From the NCBI GenBank assembly GCA_018238155.1, contig JABCTZ010000033.1:44002-108001 (forward strand): DNA of 64,000 bases, read 5' to 3'. Below the pieces are notes generated by a model. The model was not told where the DNA came from. It was given only the letters and a program-made list of their open reading frames with translations, and searched no databases. Below, one piece after another: positions 1 through 11,700 of the stretch (position 1 is the stretch's first letter; each line of letters starts with the position of its first letter). The DNA is from Candidatus Heimdallarchaeota archaeon. Its GTDB lineage: Archaea > Asgardarchaeota > Heimdallarchaeia > JABLTI01. Made by a program: the position numbers and the translations under genes.

Positions 1-142
1 CAACACCACTTGTATTCCTTACATATCCATGGAAATTCACTGAACCTCCATCAGCACTATCAACAAATACTAAACTAATATTACTAATAAAGCAAGCTAA
101 TATAATCAGTGCAATTGCTTTTTTACTGTTTTTTAAACACAT
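1..142 (-). CDS. 5' end of a secreted protein (runs off the window edge)
   Basis: Manual translation MCLKNSKKAIALIILACFISNISLVFVDSADGGSVNFHGYVRN: basic N-terminus then a hydrophobic signal; GAGGT RBS upstream. Confidence 0.6.
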   Translation of the reverse strand, partial: MCLKNSKKAIALIILACFISNISLVFVDSADGGSVNFHGYVRNTSGV

Positions 143-478
143 TTCTTTTACCTCTGAAATAACTAATTTCTCCAAATTATTTTAAAACTAAGAGAAATAT
201 AGTGGAAGCAATATATAATAATTTCTATATGGTTTTTTTCTTGAAATTAGATAATAATTATTGACTCATTCTATGATAATTATTAAAATAATCCAATTAG
301 AATAGCATTGTTGAAAATTGGAGAAATCAGCTTGTTTAGTTAATTGCTTATAACATATTTTAACGATATTCTTGGAATTTCTGTGAATATTTTTACAAGA
401 AAAAGCAAGAAATAATCAAAAAGCACTGATAAGCAGAATTGCCTAAATGGTATCCGAAAAAAGTATTTAATTGAATAC

Positions 479-2668
479 TTAGGACATCATTTCTTCTATA
501 CTCCTCTCTAACCATTTATAGAAAGTATCATTCGCTTGTAGAAGATTCATAATTTTAGTTTCATTTGTATATAGGTAATCTTTAATCTCTTTTGCAAAGG
601 AATTCAATTTAGAAATTGAGTCATAATTCTCTTGGTTTGCTATCATTGCGAGATTTAAATCAGGGTTAACATTTTGGAAGAGGATAATATTATTTCCTCT
701 AGTAATTGAAAAGTAGGGGACATGTGTTCCAAAGAGTTCGTTTCCGAAAGAGTTTATTGCAGCAATGAAATTTGATATAAGATGTTTATCCATCATTCTC
801 TCATCGAACATCTTTGTGTATACTGCAATACCGGCATTATTCAATAATAGAATTAGTTTTATATCAGCTTTTCCAGGCTGAAATTCCGTTGGTAGTGCAA
901 TAATTGCATTAAGCCCTTGATCAATAATATTAATGAGATGTGCAAGAGCAGTATCCTTATTGGTTGCAATTTCATTGAAAAGAGTTTGTCTTGGAAACTT
1001 TTCTTTCTTAGGTTGAGCGCCATCATTTTCTTTTTTCTCTGTAGAAATAGTCAAGATGAAGGAGAAGAGTTCACGAAGCATAGCGGTTATTTTAGTTGCT
1101 TCTTTGTTGGTTGTTTCCGGTATGGCGTCTAGATATTCTCTCGCAATTTGATAATTATCTAGAAGTATTTCGTAACTTGCTAACAACGCATTTTTGATTG
1201 CCAAATAATCTTCTCGCTCTAATTTACCAATGAATGAAAGAAGCTCTTTTAGACGTTTCTTGGAGGCATTTAGATAACGATTTCTTTTGGCCATTTTATA
1301 AAATTGAAATTCAGTTAATGTTATATTGAAAAGTGCTGTTACGATGTTTAGATAATTGTTCTCTTTATTTACATAATAGAGGTACTCTGAACCCCATTTG
1401 GTTGCTTTTTCATAATTTATTTCTAAATCCGTATAGTAGTAAAGGTTCGCCCCTGCAAAATTTCCCATATTCTTTGGTGTTGGATTTTCTTCAGTTTTTT
1501 TTCGTAAAATTTCTAGATACTTTTTAGCAAGAAGAGGGTCCTCAAGGGAAATTGCATTCACTGCAACAGAATAGACTCTAAATGGTGTTGCTAGTTCTTC
1601 ATTTTTCTCAATGAGATTAACAAGTTTCAGGAGCATTTCTCGAGCTTCATTAACTGCTTTGATTTCCATCTTAAGACTTATGAGATTACTTAGAGTAGTA
1701 GCAATTGATTGATGATCTTCTGATTCATCTAGAAATTCTAAACTCTTTTCAAATGCTTCAATTGAACGATCAGTGTCAATAATTGTAAGCATGACTGCAT
1801 AGTTGTGATAGAAATTTGATTTCCATTGTTTCCTTCCAAATACACTTGATAATAACGAAATTGCTTTCTCTAATTGTTGGACTGCTTTTTGTGGTTGACT
1901 TGCAGAATAGTAGATATTAGCACTTACATAAGCTATTGTGCATTTCGAGAAAGTACTTTGAGCTTGTTTCAAAACTTTTTGGACATCATCTTCTTCGAAG
2001 AAACTTACTGCAGCATCAACATTAATTATTGAACTTAAGGTATTTGCATATGATAAAATCAAGAGGATAATCTGTTCAATTAAAAAGATGATTGGTTTAT
2101 CTTTTATCCAATTCAGAGATTGCTTCCAAATTTTCTCTGCATTCGAGTAGATTTCCTTCACTTTATCATAATCTTGTTTTTGTATATAATATCTTAGCTC
2201 AAAATCAAAACTTTGCAAGTCGAGAATGATCTTTGCTAATTTATCTGCAGAAATAAGGCGGTTGAAAGTTTGATTTCGCTCTTCATCAGACAAACGTGTA
2301 AGAGCAAGAACAGAACCAATATCTTCAAAATTGCCTTTATCAGTTTCGGACTGAATTTTAGAGAATTGTAACTCGTGTGATTTTGGAAAGAGTTCAATCA
2401 ATTCAATGATCTTCCCCTTCCTTTCGGTATCTTGAGCAACTTGTGCAAACATTATGAAAACAAGAGAAGAAATGTCCTCGTTTTGATAGGTAGTAAGATA
2501 GTCTAATAAACCAAAATAAAATCTTTCATAGATGTTTTCTAACTCTTTGTTGTTCTTTATTATCCTAAGAATTCCTGATTTCTCTACTGGTGAAATAACA
2601 GCAAAGAGATCTTTGTATTCTATTGGTACAATATCTGTTGCATCAAAGCTCATTTTTTCAACACTCAT
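479..2668 (-). CDS. TPR-like helical repeat protein with a C-terminal longin/roadblock-like domain
   Basis: TPR-like helices (AVQQLEKAISL, SIEAFEKSLEF); C-terminus IKLILLLNNAGIAVYTK...LISNFIAAINSFGNELF resembles Asgard longin-like domains. Confidence 0.7.
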   Translation of the reverse strand: MSVEKMSFDATDIVPIEYKDLFAVISPVEKSGILRIIKNNKELENIYERFYFGLLDYLTTYQNEDISSLVFIMFAQVAQDTERKGKIIELIELFPKSHELQFSKIQSETDKGNFEDIGSVLALTRLSDEERNQTFNRLISADKLAKIILDLQSFDFELRYYIQKQDYDKVKEIYSNAEKIWKQSLNWIKDKPIIFLIEQIILLILSYANTLSSIINVDAAVSFFEEDDVQKVLKQAQSTFSKCTIAYVSANIYYSASQPQKAVQQLEKAISLLSSVFGRKQWKSNFYHNYAVMLTIIDTDRSIEAFEKSLEFLDESEDHQSIATTLSNLISLKMEIKAVNEAREMLLKLVNLIEKNEELATPFRVYSVAVNAISLEDPLLAKKYLEILRKKTEENPTPKNMGNFAGANLYYYTDLEINYEKATKWGSEYLYYVNKENNYLNIVTALFNITLTEFQFYKMAKRNRYLNASKKRLKELLSFIGKLEREDYLAIKNALLASYEILLDNYQIAREYLDAIPETTNKEATKITAMLRELFSFILTISTEKKENDGAQPKKEKFPRQTLFNEIATNKDTALAHLINIIDQGLNAIIALPTEFQPGKADIKLILLLNNAGIAVYTKMFDERMMDKHLISNFIAAINSFGNELFGTHVPYFSITRGNNIILFQNVNPDLNLAMIANQENYDSISKLNSFAKEIKDYLYTNETKIMNLLQANDTFYKWLERSIEEMMS

Positions 2669-2863
2669 TTTAAAGATAACTTGAATTCAACTCTACACAT
2701 TCTAATTTCTTTCGAACCCTAAATTAAAGTTCTTTAGGTAAAGCTATTTTAGTTGAAATTACAGTTCATTTTTGACTTCAGGTTCACATTTTTTTTGGTT
2801 TAATTTTATTTAAACAGTTCTTCTTATATCATAAATAATAATTATTTCTAGAAATAATATTCC

Positions 2864-3050
2864 AATATAGTTCTAATCTCAGAGAAAGAAATTGAAAAAC
2901 CAATACTTGAATTTCCTTGTGATCTTTTTATCTTCTCTCAAGAGAAAGCAATTGAACTACTCAAAGCAAGTAATTTCATACTCAAAAATGCATTGCTAAC
3001 TGGAGATATTTTGTTAGATAACTTAGCAATAACAGATGATTTGTTAGTAA
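2864..3050 (+). pseudogene. C-terminal fragment of an MNT nucleotidyltransferase antitoxin
   Basis: IVLISEKEIEKPILEFPCDLFIFSQEKAIELLKASNFILKNALLTGDILLDN aligns with the C-half of 51965..52324; no N-terminal GS/DxD part. Confidence 0.8.
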
Positions 3051-3102
3051 TATATAAGTCACATGCAAAACCTGTTCTAAATCAACTTAGTATAGTAGAT
3101 TT

Positions 3103-3972
3103 TTATCCGATAAACTTAATTGCAGATTCCACTGTCTTTCTAGTTTTTGTTTCTTCACTTTTAAGCCAAATTTGTAAAATTTCAAGTATGCTTCTCAACA
3201 ATTTGTCAGGTAAATCTCTTACTAATTTTGACCTTTTAACAATATCACAGAATAATTTTATTATCGTATAATCTTTAGAATTGCTGTACTTTTCGAAATA
3301 CCTAACTACTTCTTCAGGATTCACCCTAAAACCCAATGTTCCGACTATCCATGAATTTGCATCAAGAACAATTTTTCGACTATCCGAGAATGAAGGTTCA
3401 ATTGCCTTAAAACATTTTACCACATCTCTTTCATCTTTTGTTAAAAAGAAGCCTCTACCGAGGACTACAATTGCTAATCGTCGTACCCATTGATTTTCGT
3501 GAATAATTAATGGACTCAATTTTTCCAGATATTTGTTATAATCCTTTGCAGCATATTCCTCTAAAGAATATCCCGCCCAATTGTCAATATCATTCCAGTT
3601 TAAACACAATTTAGCATTTTTAACTATTATTTCAAAATGAGCTTCTGGATCTCTATCATATATCTGTCCCATAATAAACGAACTAATTTCTCTTACTGAA
3701 GAATTCTCTATTTCCCATAAACTATCAATGAATTCTAAGTATGTTTTGAGAGTAATAGTTTCATTTTTCAAAATCTCTATTGCAATATATTTAGTAATGT
3801 CTTTTTCAGGTTCATCGAATTTTGTTCTAAAATTTGTTTTTGCAATGAACTCTACTACATTGTCTCGAGCATCTTTTGAATTTGAATTAGCCAAATTAGA
3901 TACTATTTTTACTATTTTTTCCTTTTCTATAAAATATCTCTCTATATCTTTCGAGGAAACTTTCAATTTCAT
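3103..3972 (-). CDS. DNA alkylation repair (AlkD-like, HEAT repeat) protein
   Basis: NWNDIDN, HENQWVRRLA and ANSWIV motifs typical of the AlkD/DNA_alkylation family. Confidence 0.7.
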   Translation of the reverse strand: MKLKVSSKDIERYFIEKEKIVKIVSNLANSNSKDARDNVVEFIAKTNFRTKFDEPEKDITKYIAIEILKNETITLKTYLEFIDSLWEIENSSVREISSFIMGQIYDRDPEAHFEIIVKNAKLCLNWNDIDNWAGYSLEEYAAKDYNKYLEKLSPLIIHENQWVRRLAIVVLGRGFFLTKDERDVVKCFKAIEPSFSDSRKIVLDANSWIVGTLGFRVNPEEVVRYFEKYSNSKDYTIIKLFCDIVKRSKLVRDLPDKLLRSILEILQIWLKSEETKTRKTVESAIKFIG

Positions 3973-4094
3973 GATTAAATACTTCCGTTTGTTTTTTTTA
4001 TTATGTGAATTATTAACAATTGATATGGGAGATAACCAAAACTATTCAATTAGATTTCAATTATTTCTAATTGTTCTTTTTCTTAATTAGAATT

Positions 4095-4296
4095 CTATTA
4101 CCACATACCAAATAACAGCAACCACTTATTGACTAAAATCTAAAAACAATAACTATAATTCTAACTCAAACATATATATAACCAGAAATTACTCTTATCA
4201 TTTAGTGCATCATAATGGGTTTAATTGATTTTCTAAAAGGTTTATTCAATGAAGAAAATAAGAATAGAACTTATTTCACAATACTGTTTTCTGTAA
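4095..4296 (+). repeat. Direct repeat copy 1 (~200 bp; promoter and 5' end of the gene at 17.8 kb)
   Basis: Closely matches 17692-17894, including GATTTTCTAAAAGGTTTATTCAATGAAGAAAATAAGAATAGAACTTATTTC. Confidence 0.9.
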
Positions 4297-4305
4297 GTTA
4301 TTTTA

Positions 4306-4575
4306 CTAATGATTTTCGGTTGGTTCGGGCCAAATATATTCCGAAACCTCTTCACCACACTTGCTACATTTAGCAATTTTTATCATTGTTACATCAGTAT
4401 ATTCAAAGTTGAATGTTAATCCAAGATCACAAAGAATATCCAAATTACAATATTCGCATCTATAATATTTTCTAGGTTTTTCTAAATTCGTAGGCCACAA
4501 ATAACTTGAACAAGACATACAGATGCTACGGTTATCGCACATTAAATGATTTCCTCTAACAGTCATTGCAATCAA
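4306..4575 (-). CDS. Small Cys-rich putative zinc-finger protein
   Basis: Three CxxC pairs (CMSC, CEYC, CSKC) in 89 aa. Confidence 0.6.
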   Translation of the reverse strand: MIAMTVRGNHLMCDNRSICMSCSSYLWPTNLEKPRKYYRCEYCNLDILCDLGLTFNFEYTDVTMIKIAKCSKCGEEVSEYIWPEPTENH

Positions 4576-4698
4576 TCTCTCTTAATGTAAATATTATAAT
4601 AGGGAAATGTAAATAAATATTATTGAATGTAAATTTGTTCTTGAAATGATTCCATTAATCACAAAATAAACAAATATGATTTCGAATGTGAAATTAAA

Positions 4699-7600
4699 TC
4701 ACTCTTTCTCTGAGCTTTTTTTCTTTTTTGGAAGATGAATAGAAAATGTTGTTCCTTTTCCTTTCTCACTATTTAGAATTATCTTACCATTATGAGCTTC
4801 AACAATTTTCAAGGCTATTAACATTCCAAATGATTTATACTTTCTGGTTTTCCAAGACTCTCTAATTTCGTCTTGTGTTTTTTTATTCATGCCAATACCA
4901 TTATCGCGAATGTGAATAATGTGTTCTTCATTATTTTCTTCAGCAAATACTTCTACTTTGGTTGCTTGGGCATGTTTAAGCACATTCATCATAATATTCT
5001 CAAATACTTGACCTAATTTCGTAGGGTCAGATTTTAGTTGTGGTAAATCCCGAATAATAATTTTCAGATTAGAATCAGCAGCGGAAATATTTTTAGCAAT
5101 TTTTTTGATTAATTCATTTAAATTAACAACTGATAATTCACCCAATATTTCACCTTTCGTTGCAAGAAGTAAAAGTTTTTCAAGAAGTGCATGTAAATCA
5201 TCTATTTGGTCGATTATCATTTCAGAATACTCAGATTCACTCATTTCCACCAATGACATTATAATCTGTAAACGCCCCTTTATATCATGAGAAACAGTAC
5301 TAGAAAATGATTCAAGTTCATCTTTTTGTTTATGCAATTCATTTTGTTTTAACACAAATTTTTCTTCTGCATCCTTGATCTTGGAAATGTCTGTTACTAC
5401 TGCGAATCTCCCTGAAATATTGCCATCAGAATCATATAGTGTCATTGGTTTAACTAATGTTGGAATTTGTGAACCATTTTTTCTAGTCCAATACATTTGG
5501 TAAGGTTCAATTAAACCAAGATTTCGTTTTTCGATTTCATTATCACGTAATTTCATGTTTATTGGATTAAGAAAATCTGTCACAGAAAACCCAATTATTT
5601 CTTCTTTAGAATAGTCTAATATCTCACAGAATTTATCGTTTACATAACTAAAAACACCATTTAAATCAGCAATGGCAAAACCATCATTCATGGAATCAAC
5701 CAATATACTATAACGCTTTTCACTTTGAACTAACTCTTCAATATCCATAGAACGTAACAATGCTACAGAAATTTGATTTACAAGTGTTACAATCAACTCT
5801 TTATTTCGAATATTATTTCCCTTTCTAAATGCAATTGTAATCCCGCCCATCAAGCGATCTTTATCCATAAGAGCAATTGTATAAGCCCGTTCAATTCCTA
5901 GAAATTTGATTAGAGAATCTCTAAGTTTATTTGATATATTTCCTTGGGAGATTTCATTTAGATTATGACTCAAAGGAATCAATTTTCTTTCCCGAAAAAT
6001 CATCATGGATTCTTTTGGAATATTTATAGACATTTTTTCCGGATTTCTACCAAGAATCTTTGACAGTCTTTTTATTTTCTTGTCTAATCCAAATAAGTTT
6101 TCCACGACAAAGGTATTTGAAATATTGTCATATGAATGAACAACAATATATGAATCCCCAATTATTTCCCTCATTTTCAACCCAATGAAATGATAAATCT
6201 CATGCTTTGATGTAAGTCTCACTAATTCATTTACAGATTCAGATAAAAATGTTAAATCATGAATACGTTTCCATTCTTTCTCTTGTGAAATTATTCTTTC
6301 TGTAATATCACTAAACATAATGACAATTGAACCAGGTTTATATTGAAAAGCTCTTATTTCAAAAGACAATGAAATAGATTTATTTTGATAATCTATTCGA
6401 TCAATTTCCCAGACACCACCGTTTTTAGCAACTTTTAGAAACTCATTTGGAATTACAGTACCTTTCAAATTCGGAAATGCTTTGTGAATAGTTTTGCCTA
6501 CCAATTTTTGATGATCAAAGTCCATAATTTGATCTGCAGCAGGATTGCTTCCTTTGAAAATTAAATTTTCCTTGGAATCCAAATCATACATAAAAACACC
6601 AATGGGAGACAAATCAAATATTTTTTGAAGATGCTCTTCTCTTCTGTGTAATTCTTGATTGATATGTTTATGAATTTTCGATAATTCTTGGGCTTTCGTT
6701 TTTTCCTCAAGATAATTAATATTTGATATCTTTAGGTTTTCAATTAGCCTTGCGTTCTCAATACCAATAACTGAAACATTTGCAAATGTCGTTAGTAAAT
6801 TTAAATCACTTTCAGTAAATGATTTGGGAATAAAATTCTGAAAGATCAATACACCAATTATTTCACCAGTAATTTTCATTGTAACATAAATGGCAGATTT
6901 TACTTGTTGTTTGGAGGTATCTCTTTGCGGGTACTCAATTATCTCTCCTTTTTCATTGAAAGTATAGCTGGTTTCAACTCTAGAGAGACCTTTACCTAAA
7001 TCTTTGGGGTAGTATATTTCACCTGTGCGAATTGCTCTACTTTGTGTAACTTTACTTATTTCTTCTAAATGTATTGGAGGAAATTTGGATACATCCAACT
7101 CATTCCCTTCCGCTATTCCGAATTTAGCTGTGAATATTTTATTCTTATTATCATATGATGAAACAATGAATGTTGTTGCATTTATAATTTTCAACGAATA
7201 AGTGTATATTGTTCGATAAACTTCTTTAAAATCTTGAATTTCTCCAAGCATAATTGCTAATTCATTGATTGTATCTTGTTGGTTAATAAATCTCTGATTA
7301 AAACTTTCTTTTAACTTAATACTTGTCAAGTCCACTATTGTAACTAATATTTTATGAGAGGGAATAAAATTACATTGAACTCTAATCCATTTGCTTTCAT
7401 TAGCTAATTGAGTGGTAAAATTAACTTCTTGATTGATTGCTTTTTTACAACTAAAACAATTTTTAACTAAATCAAGTAAAATCGGATTGTTCTTATAATA
7501 TTCCTTAGCAGTTATATCGAAAAGCTCTTCTTCAAATCTATTTGAGAAGTCAATTTCTGTGTCACTGATATTAATTAAGAGAAAATTATTACCAATTTTT

Positions 7601-8076
7601 TCCCACAGCACCATTGGAATAGGAGAATGTTTAATTTGTATTTTATTCTGTATTTGAATTTCTTTTAAAGAATCCTTCATACGTTTTCTAGATGCAACAC
7701 GTTCTATTAAATTTAGTAATTCGCGAAATTGGGTATCTGTATCTCCAGCTTTATAATGATAATAAGATGCTCCAAGATTTAATGCTAGAATAGCAATCTC
7801 CTCTCTTCCTCTACTGGTAAAAACTATTAAAGGTATTTCACTATATAATTTCTTAACTTTTCTAAGAAACTTTAAGCCGTCCATTTTTGGCATTTGATAA
7901 TCAGAAATAATGACATCAAAATTCTGTTTTTTGAGTATTAATAAAGCTTCAATTGTAGAAGATACAGTAGTTATTTTTAAATTCTTTCTAATCTTCATTA
8001 AGCATGATTTTGTTAGCTTAAGAAAGCTAATATCAGCATCCACCAATAACAACTGGATATCTTCCACTATAATCAC
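4699..8076 (-). CDS. Hybrid sensor histidine kinase (REC-PAS-GAF-PAS-GAF-PAS-HisKA-HATPase)
   Basis: REC with DVIISDYQMPKMDG; H-box VSHDIKG; N-box QVFENIMMN; G1 DNGIG; G2 GKGTTF. Confidence 0.9.
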   Translation of the reverse strand: MIIVEDIQLLLVDADISFLKLTKSCLMKIRKNLKITTVSSTIEALLILKKQNFDVIISDYQMPKMDGLKFLRKVKKLYSEIPLIVFTSRGREEIAILALNLGASYYHYKAGDTDTQFRELLNLIERVASRKRMKDSLKEIQIQNKIQIKHSPIPMVLWEKIGNNFLLINISDTEIDFSNRFEEELFDITAKEYYKNNPILLDLVKNCFSCKKAINQEVNFTTQLANESKWIRVQCNFIPSHKILVTIVDLTSIKLKESFNQRFINQQDTINELAIMLGEIQDFKEVYRTIYTYSLKIINATTFIVSSYDNKNKIFTAKFGIAEGNELDVSKFPPIHLEEISKVTQSRAIRTGEIYYPKDLGKGLSRVETSYTFNEKGEIIEYPQRDTSKQQVKSAIYVTMKITGEIIGVLIFQNFIPKSFTESDLNLLTTFANVSVIGIENARLIENLKISNINYLEEKTKAQELSKIHKHINQELHRREEHLQKIFDLSPIGVFMYDLDSKENLIFKGSNPAADQIMDFDHQKLVGKTIHKAFPNLKGTVIPNEFLKVAKNGGVWEIDRIDYQNKSISLSFEIRAFQYKPGSIVIMFSDITERIISQEKEWKRIHDLTFLSESVNELVRLTSKHEIYHFIGLKMREIIGDSYIVVHSYDNISNTFVVENLFGLDKKIKRLSKILGRNPEKMSINIPKESMMIFRERKLIPLSHNLNEISQGNISNKLRDSLIKFLGIERAYTIALMDKDRLMGGITIAFRKGNNIRNKELIVTLVNQISVALLRSMDIEELVQSEKRYSILVDSMNDGFAIADLNGVFSYVNDKFCEILDYSKEEIIGFSVTDFLNPINMKLRDNEIEKRNLGLIEPYQMYWTRKNGSQIPTLVKPMTLYDSDGNISGRFAVVTDISKIKDAEEKFVLKQNELHKQKDELESFSSTVSHDIKGRLQIIMSLVEMSESEYSEMIIDQIDDLHALLEKLLLLATKGEILGELSVVNLNELIKKIAKNISAADSNLKIIIRDLPQLKSDPTKLGQVFENIMMNVLKHAQATKVEVFAEENNEEHIIHIRDNGIGMNKKTQDEIRESWKTRKYKSFGMLIALKIVEAHNGKIILNSEKGKGTTFSIHLPKKKKSSEKE

Positions 8077-8221
8077 TCATTTGAGGTATTTTCTTAGACT
8101 TGTGAATTATTGTAAGCATTAATCAATTGATTTTTCTATTGTGGTATGAATCCAATAATTGTCTGCAAATTATTGAGAGAATCATTTTTCTTAAACAGAT
8201 TGAAAGTAATTATTTAAAATT

Positions 8222-8572
8222 TCACATATTAACAGCATATTCTTTCATTTTTTCGATAAGAATATTTTTTCGGATAGGTTTTTTTAAAACTTCCTTTGCT
8301 CCTGCATCAAGAATTTCATTGGTTTTTGAAGAATAAGCTGTAATTGCAGCAATTTTTGCCTTAGGATTTATTTTTAGTATCTCTTTAGTAGCCTCAATTC
8401 CATCCATCTCAGGCATAAGAATATCCATTAGAACAATATCAGGTGAATATTTCCTATATAATTCAATAGCTTCAATGCCGTTTCTTGCTTCTATCGTTTC
8501 ATATTCTTCCAAGATAAATCGAAATATCGACCTCAACTTTTCATTATCATCTACGATTAATATAGTTACCAT
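8222..8572 (-). CDS. Single-domain CheY-like response regulator
   Basis: IVDD, DIVLMDILMPEMDG, ITA and KP motifs all intact. Confidence 0.92.
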   Translation of the reverse strand: MVTILIVDDNEKLRSIFRFILEEYETIEARNGIEAIELYRKYSPDIVLMDILMPEMDGIEATKEILKINPKAKIAAITAYSSKTNEILDAGAKEVLKKPIRKNILIEKMKEYAVNM

Positions 8573-8718
8573 AATATTCCTATCCTTTCACTTAATAAAT
8601 AAAGAATCTAGTTAATAGGTATTTTGGGTTAAGTAAAAATTTTGTTAATCAAATAAAACAATAGATTTTAGACTTGTGACCCTTGTAAAACAGTAGATAA
8701 GATGGACAGATAAAAAAA

Positions 8719-11700
8719 TCAATCAATTTTCAGACCAATGGATTTACGATACTCTGCAATTAATGATATTATAATACTTACTTGTTCTTTGATGTAATCT
8801 GATGATTCTGATTCTAAGGAAGAAGAAGTTTGAAGAATAACATCTAGCTTCTCTTGCAAATCATTAATCAATTTCGATGTTTGTTTATCAAATTGCTCTT
8901 GTACATTTAGGATATTCTCCTCAAGTTCTTTATTCTTTGAAATATCGCGGATGATTCCAATATATCCAATTATTATAGCGTTTTGATTTCTTCTAACAGT
9001 ACCGTTTACAAAGACATCAATTATTGTTCCATCTTTCCTTTTCATTTTTAATTCAAAATTTCTTAGAAAACCTTGCTTTTCAATTGTTTTTTTGAATTCG
9101 ATTCTATCTTTTGGGTTAGCATACAGATCAGCAATATTCAATTCTAAAATTTCTACCCTAGAATATCCAAAAAGTGTTTCACCTTTTGGATTTAAATCAA
9201 TAATAGTTCCATCTGTATTTGTAATGAAAAAAACTTCATTTATATGTTCAAAAATTTTCCGATAACGTATTTCACTTTCAACAACCTTTAGTAGAGAGGT
9301 TTTTTTATCAGTAATATCTAAGTGTAAACCTATTGCTCTTGTTGGATTCCCTTGTTTATCATGCTCAACAACTTTTCCAATGCACTGAATCCATTTGATG
9401 TCTCCAGATTTGCATATCGCACGATGTTCTACACTGATTAATTTCATAATATCTTTTTTTGGAAGGTTCAAAATCAAATCAGAAACACAGGAGTTGTCCT
9501 TATGGGTAAGTTTTCTTACAGATTCAATATTGGGTTCTATTTCATCAAGAGAATATCCAAGCATTTCAACATAGGGCTTATTGATAATAAAATCTCCAGT
9601 CTCGATATCCCAATCCCAGGTACCGAGGTTTGCACTCTCATGCAATAAAGTTTGTTTTTCAAGTAGGTCATTGATTTTACTCTTAAAATCATCTGGGAAT
9701 TTTTTTTCTATAAATACATATCGTAATCGTTCCATTTCCACTTCATCATTATATTTTATTTTTCCATCAAAATAAACAGACAATGTTTCACCATCTTTTG
9801 TTACCATATCAAAATGGATATCATGAATTTCTCCACGTTCAATGAATTTTGAGAAAATCTCCTCAAACTTCACAACAAAATCAGGAGTCAAAAAATCACC
9901 AAAACATTTCCCTAAGACTTCATCCTCAGTATAACCAAGTGATTTCAACCAAAACTCATTTACATCTAAGATGAGTCCTTCTTTATTTAAGGATTGATAA
10001 AGAAGAGATGCATCCTCAAACATTGATCTGAAATGTTTTTGTGAATCAGCCAATTCCTTTTCATGGATCACTTGATTAGTTATATCTTTCGTAATGCCAA
10101 TGAAACGATTAAATTTCCCAGAATTATCTTTTATTGGTGTTATAATCCTATCACCTATTCGTATCTTACCATCTTTTCGTTTAATTTTTAATCTGCCCTT
10201 CCAAGTCTTTCCGCTAAAAGTAGTTTTCACAATATTTGCGTAATAATCTTCATCGAATTCTTCATCAATGTATCTCATTATAGCTGGTGTTTGGTTAACA
10301 GCATCCAAATATGAATAACCAGTGAATTTTTCAAAACCAGGATTAACATAGATGATTTCCCCTTTTTCATCAGTAATTAGGATACTATCGTCTATATGTT
10401 CTATGACTTTTAAAAGAGAAATTTGTTCCACTTCGAGTTGTTTAAATTTAGTAATATCTTGACAAAATGTCAAACTAAAGACTTCATCTTTTTCTCGAAA
10501 TTTGTTAATGTTTAGCAAAGCATCGTAAACTGTTCCATCTTTTTGTAAAAGTTTGGTTTCAAAATTTACCACCACTTCATTCTTTAACAAAATTTTTCGA
10601 AGTCTTTTTTGATCATTTGGATTATAAAAGGTGATTGAAACATTGATTTCTAATATGGTTTCTTTTGTATAGCCAGTTATTTCTAGCATTTTTTTATTTA
10701 CTCTAATTACCCTCCCAAAACTATCGAATATACCTACACCTATAGGTATATCTTCAAACAGTGTTCTAAACTTATTTTCTGATTCTATTAATTCACTGTG
10801 AATCTTCCTTCTAAAAGTTATATCCGATCCTGAACTTAATGAAGCAATGACTTTTCCGTTATCATTTTTAAGAACGCTATTCTTCCAAGAGATTAATTTT
10901 TCTTCACCATTTTTAGTTAAGACTATATTTTCGTAACTCTCAACAATTAACTCTTCATTTAAAACTTTACGAAAAACATTTCTAGTAACTCCTCTAATAT
11001 TTTCAGAAAGAAAAATATTAAACCAGTTCTTACCGAGAATTTCATTTTCTTTGTACCCAAGAATTTCACAAGATTTCTTGTTTACAAAAATAATATTTTC
11101 GTTTATATCGACAACCACTATCATTGAATCAATAATATCAAGGTACTTTTGCCTTATATTGCGTTCTCTACTTAATTCCTCTTGGAAATTTCTCATTTTT
11201 GTAATATCTGTTGTCATACTTTGTATATACTCAATATTATCAACAGTTATAAAATTGCTAATAAAAGAAATCTGAATTTTCTCTCCATTGGGTTTCAAGA
11301 AGTCAAGCTCTGAACTCCCAGATCTGCGTAAATTTGAAATTTCAATAAATTTTTTCTTTGCTAATTCTCTCTTTTCTGGAGGTCGAAAATCCCATATTTT
11401 TAATTGTCTTAAGTCTTTAATGGATCTTCCAGTTTGTTTTTCAAATTCTTTGTTTCCGTCCATTATTTGACCGGTTTTTGCATTAATTAGAACGATACCA
11501 TTTTTTGCTTCTGAAAAGATTAATTGATATTTTTCATTAGACGTTTGTAAGAATTCGAAGGATTCTTTTTTTTCAATTAATTTTTCTATTTCCTTAACTA
11601 AAATTTTAAATTGGTCTTTAGAGTTATCTTTTTTGATATAATAGTTTACTCCTAAATTCAATGCTTTAATAACTTCATTTTCCCTGCTTTCACTTGTAAA

